A stretch of 64,000 nucleotides of DNA, taken from NCBI RefSeq assembly GCF_009914755.1, contig NC_060928.1, one strand, 5' to 3'. This stretch comes from the human T2T-CHM13v2.0 reference genome, Homo sapiens. Below the pieces are notes generated by a model. That model did no database searches, was not told the origin of the DNA, and saw nothing but the letters and a program-made list of their open reading frames with translations. Below are positions 28,662 to 43,600 of this stretch, one piece after another. Position 1 is the stretch's first letter. The number at the start of each line of letters is the position of its first letter. The position numbers were made by a program, and so were the translations under genes.

Positions 28662-31462
28662 CAGTATGTAATACATAATTTGGGTACTTTAATATATTAT
28701 GTATAGTATATAATACATACTATGGGTACTTTTATATTTTATATACAGTATATAATACATACATTGGGTACTTTCATATTTCATGTACAGTATATAATAT
28801 ATAGTTTGGGTACTTTGGTATATTATGTACTGTATATAATACATACTTTGAGTACTTTGATATTTTATGTACAGTATATAATACATACTTTGCGTACTTT
28901 GATATTTTATGTCCAGTATAGAATATATAGTTTTGGTAGTTTGATATTTTATGTACAGTATATAGTTTGAGTACTTTCACATTTTATGTACAGTTTATTA
29001 TAAATGTTTGGGTGTTTTCATATTTTATGTACTGTTTATAATACATACATTGGGCACTTTGATATATTATGTACAGTATATAATACATACTTTGGGTACT
29101 CTGATATTTTATGTACAGTATATAATACACACTTTGGGTACTTTGATATTTTATGTACAGGATATAATGCATACTTTGGGTACTTTGATAGTTTATGTAC
29201 AGTATATAATACATACTTTGGGTACTTTGATATTCTATGTATAGTATAAAATATACAGTTTGGGTACTTTGATATTTTATGTACAGTATGTAAAACATAC
29301 TTTGGGGAGTTTGATATTTTATGTACAGTATGTAAAACATACTTTGGGGAGTTTGATATTTTATGAACAGTATATAATACACATTTTGTGTACTTTGATA
29401 TTTTATGTACAGTATATAATACATACTTTGGGTACTTTGATATTTTATGTACAGTATATAATACATACTTTGGGTACTTTGATATTTTCTGTACAGTATA
29501 CAATATATAGTTTGAGTACTTTGATATTTTATGTACTGTATAAAATATATAGTTTTGGTACTTTGATATTTTATGTACAGTATATAGTTTGAGTACTTTG
29601 ATATTTTATGTACAGTTTGTTATAAATATTTGGGTGCTTTCATATTTTATGTACTGTATATAATACATGCTTTAGGCACTTTGATATTTTATGTACAGTA
29701 TGTAATACATACTTTGGGTACTCTGATATTTTATGTACAGTGTATAATACATACTTTGGGTACTTTGATATTTTATGTACAGTATATAATACATACATTG
29801 GGTACTTTGATATATTATGTACAGTATATAATACTTACTTGGGGTACTTTGATATTTTATGTACAGTATATAATACATAGTTTGTGTACTTTGATATTTT
29901 ATGTACAGTACATAATACATACTATTGGTACTTTGATATTTTATGTACAGTATACAATATATAGTTTGAGTACTTTGATATTTTATGTCCAGTATAAAAT
30001 ATATAGATTTCGTACTTTGATATTTTATGTACAGAATATAGTTTGAGTACTTTGATATTTTATGTACACTTTATTATAAAAGTTTGGGTACTTTCATATT
30101 TTACGTACAGTATATAATACATACTTTGGGCACTTTGATGTTTTATGCACAGTATATAATACATACTTTGGGTACTTTTATATTTTATGTACAGTATATA
30201 ATACATAGTTTGGGTACTTTGATATTTAATATACAGTATATAATGCACACTTTGCGTACTTTGATATTTTATGTAAAGTATGTAATACATACTTTGTGTA
30301 GTTTGATATTTTATGTACAGTATGTAATACACACTTTGGGTACTTTGATATTTTATGTACAGTATGTAAAACATACTTTGGGTAGTTTGATATTTTATGA
30401 TCAGTATATAATACACATTTTGGGTACTTTGATATTTTATGTACAGTGTATAATACATACGTTGGGTACTTTGATATTTTATGTACAGGATATAATGCAT
30501 ACTTTGGGTACTTTGATAGTTTATGTACAGTATATAATACTTACTTTGGGTACTTTGATATTTTATATATAGTATAAAATATATAGTTTGGGTAGTTTGA
30601 TATTTTAAGTATAGTATATGATACATACTTTGGGTACTTAGATATTTTATCTACAGTGTATAATAAATACTATGGGTACTTTGATATATTATGTACAATA
30701 GACAATACATACTTTGGGTACTTTGATATTTTATGTACAGTATATAATACATACTTTGGGTACTTTGATATTTTATGTACAGTATATAATACATACATTG
30801 GGTGCTTTCATATTTCATGTACACTATATAATATATAGTTTGGGTACTTTGGTATATTATGTACTGTATATAATACATACTTTGAGTATTTTGATATTTT
30901 ATGTACAGTATATAATACATACTTTGGGTACTTTGATATTTTATGTACAGTATATAATGCATACTTTGGGTACTTCGATAGTTTATGCACAGTATACAAT
31001 ACATACTTTGGGTACTTTGATATTTTATGTACTGTATATAATGCATACTTTGGGTACTTTGATAGTTTATGTACAGTATACAATACATACTTTGGGTACT
31101 TTGATATTTTATGTACAGTACATAATATGTAGTTTGGGTACTTTGATATTTTAACTACAGTATATAATACATACTTTGGGTACTTTGATATTTTATCTAC
31201 AGTATATAATAGATACTTTGGGTACTTTGATATATTATGTACAGTATATAATACATAGTTTGGTTACTTTGATATTTTTTGTACAGTATGTAAAACATAC
31301 TTTGGGGAGTTTGATATTTTATGAACAGTATATAATACACATTTTGGGTACTTTGATATTTTATGTACGGTATATAATACATACTTTGGGTACTTTGATA
31401 TTTTATGTACAGTATATAATTCATACTTTGGGTACTTTGATATTTTATGTACAGTATATAAT
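28662..31462 (+). repeat. Copy of about 6470-9270 at +22192
   Basis: The offset is a constant 22192 for ORF pairs 6530/28722, 6816/29008, 7438/29630, 7892/30084, 8522/30714 and 8984/31176. The copies share rare motifs such as aagtatagtatatgatac and ataaatactatggg. Confidence 0.85.
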
Positions 31463-34400
31463 ACATACATTGGGTACTTCGATATTTTATGTGCAGTACC
31501 ATATATATAGTTTGGGTACTTTGATATTTTATGTCCAGTATAAAATAAATAGTTTTGGTACTTTGATATTTTATGTACAGTATATAGTTTGAGTACTTTG
31601 ATATTTAATGTACAGTTTATTATAAATGTTTGGGTGCTTTCATATTTTATATACAGTATATAATACATACTTTGGGCACTTTGATATTTTCTGTACAGTA
31701 TATATTACATACTTTGGGTACTTTGATATTTTATGTACAGTATACAATATATAGTTTGAGTACTTTGATATTTTATGTACTGTATAAAATATATAGTTTT
31801 GGTACTTTGATATTTTATGTACAGTATATAGAGTGAGTACTTTGATATTTTATGTACAGTTTGTTATAAATGTTTGGGTGCTTTCATATTTTATGTACTG
31901 TATATAATACATGCTTTGGGCACTTTGATATTTTATGTACAGTATATAATACATACTTTGGGTACTCTGATATTTTATGTACAGTGTATAATACATACTT
32001 TGGGTACTTTGATATTTTATGTACAGTATATAATACATACATTGGGTACTTTGATATATTATGTACAGTATATAATACTTACTTGGGGTACTTTGATATT
32101 TTATGTACAGTATATAATACATAGTTTGTGTACTTTGATATTTTATGTACAGTATATAATACATACTTTGGGTACTTTGATATTTTATGTACAGTATATA
32201 ATACATACTTTGGGTATCTTGACATTTTATGTACAGTATGTAATGCATACTTTGGGTACTTTGATATTTTATGTACAGTATGTAATACATACTTTGGGTA
32301 CTTTGATATTTTATGTATAGTATATAATACATACTTTGTGTAGTTTGATATTTTATGTACAGTATACAATATATAGTTTGAGTACTTTGTTATTTTATGT
32401 CCAGTATAAAATATATAGTTTTTGTAATTGATATTTTATGTACAGAATATAGTTTGAGTACTTTGATATTTTATGTACACTTTATTATAAATGTTTGGGT
32501 ACTTTCATATTTTATGTACAGTATATAATACATACATTGGTCTCTTTGATGTTTTATGTACAGTATATAATACATACTTTGTGTTCTTTGATATTTTATG
32601 GACAGAATATAATGCATAGTATTAGGTACTTTTATATTTTATGTACAGTATATAATACATACTTTGGGTACTTTGATATTTTATGTACAGTATATAATAC
32701 ATACTTTGGGAACTTTGATATTTTATGTACAGTATGTAATACATACTTTGGGTACTTTGATATTTTATGTACACTATATAATACATACTATTGGTACTTT
32801 GATATTTTATGTACAGTATACAATATATAGTTTGAGTACTTTGATATTTTATGTCCAGTATAAAATATATAGATTTCATACTTTGATATTTTATGTACTG
32901 AATGTAGTTTGAGTACTTTGATATTTTATGTACACTTTATTATAAAACTTTGGGTACTTTCATATTTTACGTACAGTATATAATACATACTTTGGGCACT
33001 TTGATGTTTTATGTACAGTATATAATACATACTTTGGGTTCTTTGATATTTTATGTACAGCATATAATACATAATTTGGGGACTTTTATATTTTATGTAC
33101 ATTATATTATACATACTTTGGGTACTTTTATATTTTATGTACGGTATATAATACATATTTTGGGTACTTTGATATATTATGTACAGTATATAATACATAC
33201 CTTGGGTACTTTGATATATTATGTACAGTATATAATACATACTAAGGGTACTTTGACATTTTATGTACAGTACATAATACATACTTTGGGAACTTTGATA
33301 TTTTATGTACAGTATATAATGCATACTTTGGATACTTTGATATTTTATGTACAGTATATAATACATATTTTGGGTACTTTGATATTTTATGTACAGTATG
33401 TAATACATAATTTGGGTAATTTAATATTTTATTTATAGTATATAATACATACTTTGGGTACTTTGATATTTTATGGACAGTGTATAATACATACTTTTGG
33501 TATTCTGATATTTTATGTACAGTGTATAATATATAGTTTGGGTACTTTGGTATTTTATATACAGTATATAATACATACTTTGGGTACTTTGATATTTTAT
33601 GTACAGTATATAATACATACTTTGGGTACTTTGATATTTTATGTACAGTATATAATACATACTTTGGGTACTTTGATATTTTATGCACAGTATACAATAT
33701 ATAGTTTGAGTACTTTGATATTTTATGTACTGTATAAAGTATATAGTTTTGGTACTTTGATATTCTATGTACAGTATATAGTTTGAGTACTTTGATATTT
33801 TATGTACAGTTTGTTATAAATGTTTGGGTGCTTTCATATTTTATGTACTGTATATAATACATGCTTTGGGCACTTTGATATTTTATGTACAGTATATAAT
33901 ACATACTTTGGGTACTCTGATATTTTATGTACAGTGTATAATACATACTTTGGGTACTTTGATATTTTATGTACAGTATATAATACATACATTGGGTACT
34001 TTGATATATTATGTACAGTATATAATACTTACTTGTGGTACTTTGATATTTTATGTACAGTATATAATACATACTTTGTGTACTTTGATATTTTATGTAC
34101 AGTATATAATACATACTTTGGGTACTTTGATATTTTATGTACAGTATATAATACATACTTTGGGTATCTTGACATTTTATGTACAGTATATAATGCATAC
34201 TTTGGGTACTTTGATATTTTATGTACAGTATATAATGCATACTTTGGGTACTTTGATATTTTATGTACAGTATGTAATACATACTTTGGGTACTTTGATA
34301 TTTTATGTATAGTATATAATACATACTTTGTGTAGTTTGATATTTTATGTACAGTATACAATATATAGTTTGAGTACTTTGTTATTTTATGTCCAGTTTA

Positions 34401-37400
34401 AAATATATAGTTTTCGTAATTGATATTTTATGTACAGAATATAGTTTGAGTACTTTGATATTTTATGTACACTTTATTATAAATGTTTGGGTACTTTCAT
34501 ATTTTATGTACAGTATATAATACATACATTGGTCTCTTTGATGTTTTATGTACAGTATATAATACATACTTTGGGTTCTTTGATATTTTATGTACAGAAT
34601 ATAATGCATAGTATTAGGTACTTTTATATTTTATGTACAGTATATAATACATACTTTGGGTACTTTTATATTTTATGTACAGTATATAATACATACTTTG
34701 GGTACTTTGATATTTAATGTACAGTATATAATGCACACTTTGCGTACTGTGATATTTTATGTAAAGTATGTAATACATACTGTGGGTAGTTTGATATTTT
34801 ATGTACAGTATGTAATACACACTTTGGGTACTTTGATATTTTATGTATAGTATATAATACATACTTTGGGTACTTTGATATTTTATGTACAGTATGTAAT
34901 ACATAATTTGGGTAATTTAATATTTTATGTATAGTATATAATACATACTTTGGGTACTTTGATATTTTATGGACAGTGTATAATACATACTTTGGGTACT
35001 TTGATATTTTATGTACAGTGTATAATATATAGTTTGGGTACTTTGATATTTTATATACAGTATATAATACATACTTTGGGTACTTTGATATTTTATGTAC
35101 AGTATATAATATATAGTTTGGGTACTTTGATATTTTATGTACGGTATATAATACATACTTTGGGTACTTTGATATTTTATGTACAGTATATAATACATAC
35201 TTTGGGTACTTTGATATTTTATGTACAGTATACAATATATAGTTTGAGTACTTTGATATTTTATGTGCAGTATAAAATATATAGTGTTGGTAGTTTGATG
35301 TTTTATGTACAGTATATATTTTGAGTACTTTGATATTTTATGTACAGTTTATTATAAATGTTTGGGTAGTTTCATATTTGACGTACAGTATATAATACAT
35401 AATTTGGGCACTTTGATATTTTATGTACAGTATATAATACATACTTTGGGTAATTTTATATTTTATGTACAGTATATATTACATACTTTGGGTTTTTTGA
35501 TATTTAATGTACAGTATATAATGCACACTTTGCGTACTGTGATATTTTATGTAAAGTATGTAATACATACTGTGGGTAGTTTAATATTTTATGTACAGTA
35601 TGTAATACACACTTTGGGTACTTTGATATTTTATGTTCAGTATGTAAAACATACTTTGGGTAGTTTAATATTTTATGATGAGTATATAATACACATTTTG
35701 GGTACTTTGATATTTTATGTACAGTGTATAATACATACTTTGGGTACTTTGATATTTTATGTACAGGATATAATGCATATTTTGGGTACTTTGATAGTTT
35801 ATGTACAGTATATAATACATACTTTGGGTACTTTGATATTTTATGTATAGTATAAAATATATAGTTCGGGTAGTTTGATATTTTATGTACAGTATGTAAA
35901 ACATACTTTGGGGAGTTTGATATTTTATGAACAGTATATAATACACATTTTGTGTACTTTGATATTTTATGTACAGTATATATTACATACTTTGGGTACT
36001 TTGATATTTTATGTACAGTATACAATATATACTTTGAGTAATTTGATATTTTATGTACTGTATAAAATATATAGTTTTGGTAGTTTGATGTTTTATGTAC
36101 AGTATATATTTTGAGTACTTTGATATTTTATGTACAGTTTATTATAAATGTTTCGGTACTTTCATATTTTACGTACAGTATATAATACATACTTTGGGCA
36201 CTTTGATGTTTTATGTACAGTATATAATACATACTTTGGGTTCTTTGATATTTTATGTACAGCATATAATACATAATTTGGGGACTTTTATATTTTATGT
36301 ACATTATATTATACATACTTTGGGTACTTTTATTTTTTATATACGGTATATAATACATACTTTGGGTACTTTGATATATTATGTACAGTATATAATACAT
36401 ACTTTGGGTACTTTGATATATTATGTACAGTATATAATACATACTAAGGGTACTTTGACATTTTATGTACAGTACATAATACATACTTTGGGTACTTTGA
36501 TATTTTATGTACAGTATATAATGCATACTTTGGATACTTTGATATTTTATGTACAGTATATAATACATACTTTGGGTACTTTGATATTTTATGTACAGTA
36601 TGTAATACATAATTTGGGTACTTTAATATTTTATGTATAGTATATAATACATACTTTGGGTACTTTGATATTTTATGGACAGTGTATAATACATACTTTG
36701 GGTACTTTGATATTTTATGTACAGTATATAATATATAGTTTGGGTACTTTGACATTTTATATACAGTATATAATACATACTTTGGGTACTTTGATATTTT
36801 GTGTACAGTATATAATACATACTTTGGGTACTTTGATATTTTATGCACAGTATACAATATATAGTTTGAGTACTTTGATATTTTATGTACTGTATAAAAT
36901 ATATAGTTTTGGTACTTTGATATTTTATGTACAGTATATAGTTTGAGTACTTTGATATTTTATGTACAGTTTGTTAAAAATGTTTGGGTGCTTTCATATT
37001 TTATGTACAGTATATAATACATACTTTGGGCACTTTGATATCTTATGTACAGTATATAATACATATTTTGGGTACTCTGATATTTTATGTACAGTGTATA
37101 ATACATAATTTGTGTACTTTGATATTTTATGTACAGTATATAATACATACGTTGGGTACTTTGATATATTATTTACAGTATATAATACATACTTTGGGTA
37201 CTTTGATATTTTATGTACAGTATATAATCCATAGTTTGTGTACTTTGATATTTTATGTACAGTATATAATACATACTTTGGGTACTTTGATATTTTATGT
37301 ACAGTATATAATACATACTTTGGGTACTTTCATGTTTTATGTACAGTATATAATATATAGTTTGGGTACTTTGATATTTTATGTACGGTATATAATACAT

Positions 37401-40400
37401 ACTTTGGGTACTTTGATATTTTATGTACAGTATATAATACATAATTTGGGTACTTTGATATTTTATGTACAGTATACAATATATAGTTTGAGTACTTTGA
37501 TATTTTATGTGCAGTACAAAATATATAGTGTTGGTAGTTTGATGTTTTATGTACAGTATATATTTTGAGTACTTTGATATTTTATGTACGGTATATAATA
37601 CATACTTTGGGAACTTTGATATTTTATGTACAGCATGTAAAACGTACTTTGGGTACTTTGATATTTTATGTACAGGATATAATGCATACTTTGGGTACTT
37701 TGATAGTTTATGTACAGTATATAATACATACTTTGGGTACTTTGATATTTTATGTATAGTATAAAATATATAGTTTGGGTACTTTGATATTTTATGTACA
37801 GTATGTAAAAGATACTTTGGGGAGTTTGATATTATATGTACAGTATGTAAAACATACTTTGGGGAGTTTGATATTTTATGAACAGTATATAATACACATT
37901 TTGTGTACTTTGATATTTTATGTACAGTATATAATACAAACTTTGGGTTCTTTGATATTTTATGTACAGAATATAATGCATAGTTTTAGGTACTTTTATA
38001 TTTTATGTACAGTATGTAATACATACTTTGGCTACTTTGATATTTTATGTACAGTATATAATACACACTTTGGGGACTTTGATATTTTATGTACAGTATA
38101 TAATACACACTTTGGGTACTTTGATATTTTATGTACAGTATATAATACATACTTGGGTACTGTGATATTTTTTGTACAGTATATAATACATACTTTGGGT
38201 ACTTTGCTATTTTATGTACAGTATATAATACATACTATTGGTACTTTGATATTTTATGTACAGTATACAATATATAGTTTGAGTACTTTGATATATTATG
38301 TCCAGTATAAAATATATAGATTTCATACTTTGATATTTTTGTACTGAATGTAGTTTGAGTACTTTGATATTTTATGTACACTTTATTATAAAAGTTTGGG
38401 TACTTTGATATTTTACATACAGTATATAATACATACTTTGGGCACTTTGATGTTTTATGTACAGTATATAATACATACTTTGGGTTCTTTGATATTTTAT
38501 GTACAGCATATAATACATAATTTGGGGACTTTTATATTTTATGTACATTATATTATACATACTTTGGGTACTTTTATATTTTATGTACGGTATATAATAC
38601 ACACTTTGGGCACTTTGATATTTTATGTACAGTATATAATACATACTTTGGGTACTTTGATATTTTATGTACAGTATATAATACATACTTTGGGAACTTT
38701 GATATTTTATGTACAGTATGTAAAACATACTTTGGGTACTTTGATATTTTATGTACAGTATATAATACATACTATTGGTACTTTGATATTTTATGTCCAG
38801 TATAAAATATATAGATTTCGTACTTTGATATTTTATGTACAGAATATAGTTTGAGTACTTTGATATTTTATGTACAATTTATTAAAAAAGTTTGGGTACT
38901 TTCATATTTTACGTACAGTATATAATACATATTTTGGGCACTTTGATGTTTTATGTACAGTATATAATACATACTTTAGGTTCTTTTATATTTTATGTAC
39001 AGCATATACTACAAAATTTGGGGACTTTTATATTTTATGTACATTATATAATACATACTTTGGGTACTTTTATATTTTATGTACGGTATATAATAGATAC
39101 TTTGGGTACTTTGATATATTATGTACAGTATATAATATATACTTTGGGTAATTTGATATATTATGTACAGTATATAATACATACTTAGGGTACTTTGACA
39201 TTTTATGTACAGTATATAATACATACTTTGGGTACTTTGATATTTTATGAACAGTATATAATACATACTTTGGGTACTTTGATATTTTATGTAATGTATA
39301 TAATACATACTTTGGGTACTTTTATATTTTATGTACAGTATATAATATATAGTTTGGGTACTTTGATATTTTATGTACGGTATATAATACATACTTTGGG
39401 TACTTTGATATTTTATGTATAGTATATAATACATACTTTGGGTACTTTGATATTGTATGTACAGTATACAATATATAGTTTGAGTACTTTGATATTTTAT
39501 GTACTGTATAAAATATATAGTTTTGGTACTTTGATATTTTATGTATAGTATATAGTTTGAGTACTTTTATATTTTATGTACAGTTTTTTATAAATATTTG
39601 GGTGCTTTCATATTTTATGTACAGTATATAATACATACTAAGCACACTTTGATATTTTATGTACAGTATATAATACATACTTTGGTTACTCTGATATTTT
39701 ATGTACAGTGTATAATACATACTTTGGGTACTTTGATATTTTATGTACAATATATAATACATACGTTGGGAAATTTGATATATTATGTACAGTATATAAT
39801 TCATACTTTTGGTACTTTGATATTTTATGTACAGTATATAATACATAGTTTGTGTACTTTGATATTTTATGTACAGTATATAATACATACTGTGGGTACT
39901 TTGATATTTTATATACAGTATATAATACATACTTTGGGTACTTTCATATTTTATGTACAGTATATAATATATAGTTTGGGTACTTTGATATTTTATCTAC
40001 AGCTTATAATACATACTTTGGGTACTTTGATATTTTATGTACAGTATATAATACATACTTTGGGTAGTTTGATATTTTATGTACAGTATACGATATATAG
40101 TTTGAGTACTTTGATATTTTATGTGCACTATAAAATATATAGTTTTGGTACTTTGATATTTTATGTACAGTTTATAGTTTGAGTACTTTGATATTTTATG
40201 TACAGTTTATTATAAATGTTTGGGTACTTTCATATTTGATGTACAGTACATAATACATAATTTGGGCACTTTGATATTTTATGTACAGTATATAATACAT
40301 ACTTTGGGTACTTTTCTATTTTATGTACAGTATATAATACATACTTTGGGTACTTTGATATTTAATGTACAGTATATAATATACACTTTCCGTACTTTGA

Positions 40401-40699
40401 TATTTTATGTAAAGCATGTAATACATACTTTGGGCAGTTTGATATTTTATGTACAGTATGTAATACACACTTTGGGTACTTTGATATTTTATGTACAGTA
40501 TGTAAAACATACTTTGGGTAGTTTGATATATTATGTACAGTATATAATACATACTTTGGGTACTCTGATATTTTATGTCCAGTGTATAATACATACTTTG
40601 GGTACTTTGATATTTTATGTACAGTATATAATATATAGTTTGTGTACTTTGATATATTATGTACAGTATATAATACTTACTTGGGGTACTTTGATATTT

Positions 40700-43600
40700 T
40701 ATGTACAGTATATAATACATACTTTGTGTACTTTGATATTTTATATACAGTATATAATACATACTTTGGGTACTTTGATATTTTATGTACAGTATATAAT
40801 ACATACTTTGGGTATCTTGATATTTTATGTACAGTATATAATGCATACTTTGGGTACTTTGATATTTTATGTACAGTATATAATGCATACTTTGGGTACT
40901 TTGATATTTTATGTACAGTATGTAATACATACTTTGGGTACTTTGATATTTTATGTATAGTATATAATACATACTTTGTGTAGTTTGATATTTTATGTAC
41001 AGTATACAATATATAGTTTGAGTACTTTGATATTTTATGTCCAGTATAAAATATATAGTTTTCCTAATTGATATTTTATGTACAGAATATAGTTTGAGTA
41101 CTTTGATATTTTATGTACACTTTATTATAAATGTTTGGGTACTTTCATATTTTATGTACAGTATATAATACATACTTTGGTCTCTTTGATGTTTTATGTA
41201 CAGTATATAATACATACTTTGGGTTCTTTGATATTTTATGTGCAGAATATAATGCATAGTTTTAGGTACTTTTATATTTTATGTACAGTATATAATAGAT
41301 ACTTTGGGTACTTTTTTATTTTATGTACAGTATATAATACATACTTTGGGAACTTTGATATTTTATGTACAGTATGTAATACATACTTTGGGTACTTTGA
41401 TATTTTATGTACAGTATACAATATATAGTTTGAGTATTTTGATATTTTATGTCCAGTATAAAATACATAGATTTCATACTTTGATATTTTATGTACAGAA
41501 TATAGTTTGAGTACTTTGATATTTTATGTACACTTTATCATAAAAGTTTGGGTACTTTCATATTTTACGTACAGTATATAATACATACTTTGGGCACTTT
41601 GATGTTTTACGTACAGTATATAATACATACTTTGGGTCCTTTGATATGTTATGTACAGCATATAGTACATAATTTGGGGACTTTTATATTTTATGTACAT
41701 TATATAATACATACTTTGGGTACTTTTATATTTTATGTACGGTATATAATACATACTTTGGGTACTTTCATATATTATGTACAGTATATAATACATACTT
41801 TGGGTACTTTGATATATTATGTACAGTGTATAATACATACTTAGGGTACTTTGACATTTTATGTACAGTACATAATACATACTTTGGGTACTTTGATATT
41901 TTATGTACAGTATATAATACATACTTTGGGTACTTTGATATTTTATGTACAGTATATAATACATGTTTTGGGTACTTTTACATTTTATGTACAGTATATA
42001 ATATATAGTTTGGGTACTTTGATATTTTATGTACGGTATATAATACATACTTTGGGTACTTTGATATTTTATGTACAGTATATAATACATACTTTGGGTA
42101 CTTTGATATTTTATGTACAGTATATAATACATACTTTGGGTACTTTGATATTTAATGTACAGTATATAATACACACTTTGCGTACTTTGATATTTTATGT
42201 AAAGTATGTAATACATACTTTGGGTACTTTGATATTTTATCTACAGTATGTAATACACGCTTTGGGTACTTTGATATTTTATGTAGAGTATGTAAAACAT
42301 ACTTTCGGTAGTTTGGTATTTTATGATCAGTATATAATACATATTTTGGGTACTTTGATGTTTTATGTACAGTATATAATACATACTTTAGGTTCTTTTA
42401 TATTTTATGTACAGCATATACTACAAAATTTGGGGACTTTTATATTTTATGTACATTATATAATACATACTTTGGGTACTTTTATATTTTATGTACGGTA
42501 TATAATACATACTTTGGGTACTTTGATAGTTTATGTACAGTATATAATACATACTTTGGGTAATTTGGTATATTATGTACAGTATATAATACATACTTAG
42601 GGTACTTTGACATTTTATGTACAGTATATAATACATACTTTGGGTACTTTGATATTTTATCTACAGTATATAATAGATACTTTGGGTACTTTGATATATT
42701 ATGTACAGTATATAATACATAGTTTGGTTACTTTGATATTTTTTGTACAGTATGTAAAACATACTTTGGGGAGTTTGATATTTTATGAACAGTATATAAT
42801 ACACATTTTGGGTACTTTGATATTTTATGTACGGTATATAATACATACTTTGGGTACTTTGATATTTTATGTACAGTATATAATTCATACTTTGGGTACT
42901 TTGACATTTTATGTACAGTATATAATACATACTTTGGGTACTTTGATATTTTATGAACAGTATATAATACATACTTTGGGTACTTTGATATTTTATGTAC
43001 TGTATATAATACATACTTTGGGTACTTTTATATTTTATGTACAGTATATAATATATAGTTTGGGTACTTTGATATTTTATGTACGGTATATAATACATAC
43101 TTTGGGTACTTTGATATTTTATGTATAGTATATAATACATACTAAGCGCACTTTGATATTTTATGTACAGTATATAATACATACTTTGGTTACTCTGATA
43201 TTTTATGTACAGTGTATAATACATACTTTGGGTACTTTGATATTTTATGTATAGTATATAGTTTGAGTACTTTGATATTTTATGTACAGTTTTTTATAAA
43301 TATTTGGGTGCTTTCATATTTTATGTACAGTATATAATACATACTAAGCGCACTTTGATATTTTATGTACAGTATATAATACATACTTTGGTTACTCTGA
43401 TATTTTATGTACAGTGTATAATACATATTTTGGGTACTTTGATATTTTATGTACAATATATAATACATACGTTGGGAACTTTGATATATTATGTACAGTA
43501 TATAATACATACTTTGGGTACTTTTCTATTTTATGTACAGTATATAATACATACTTTGTTTACTTTGATATTTAATGTACAGTATATAATACACGGTTTG

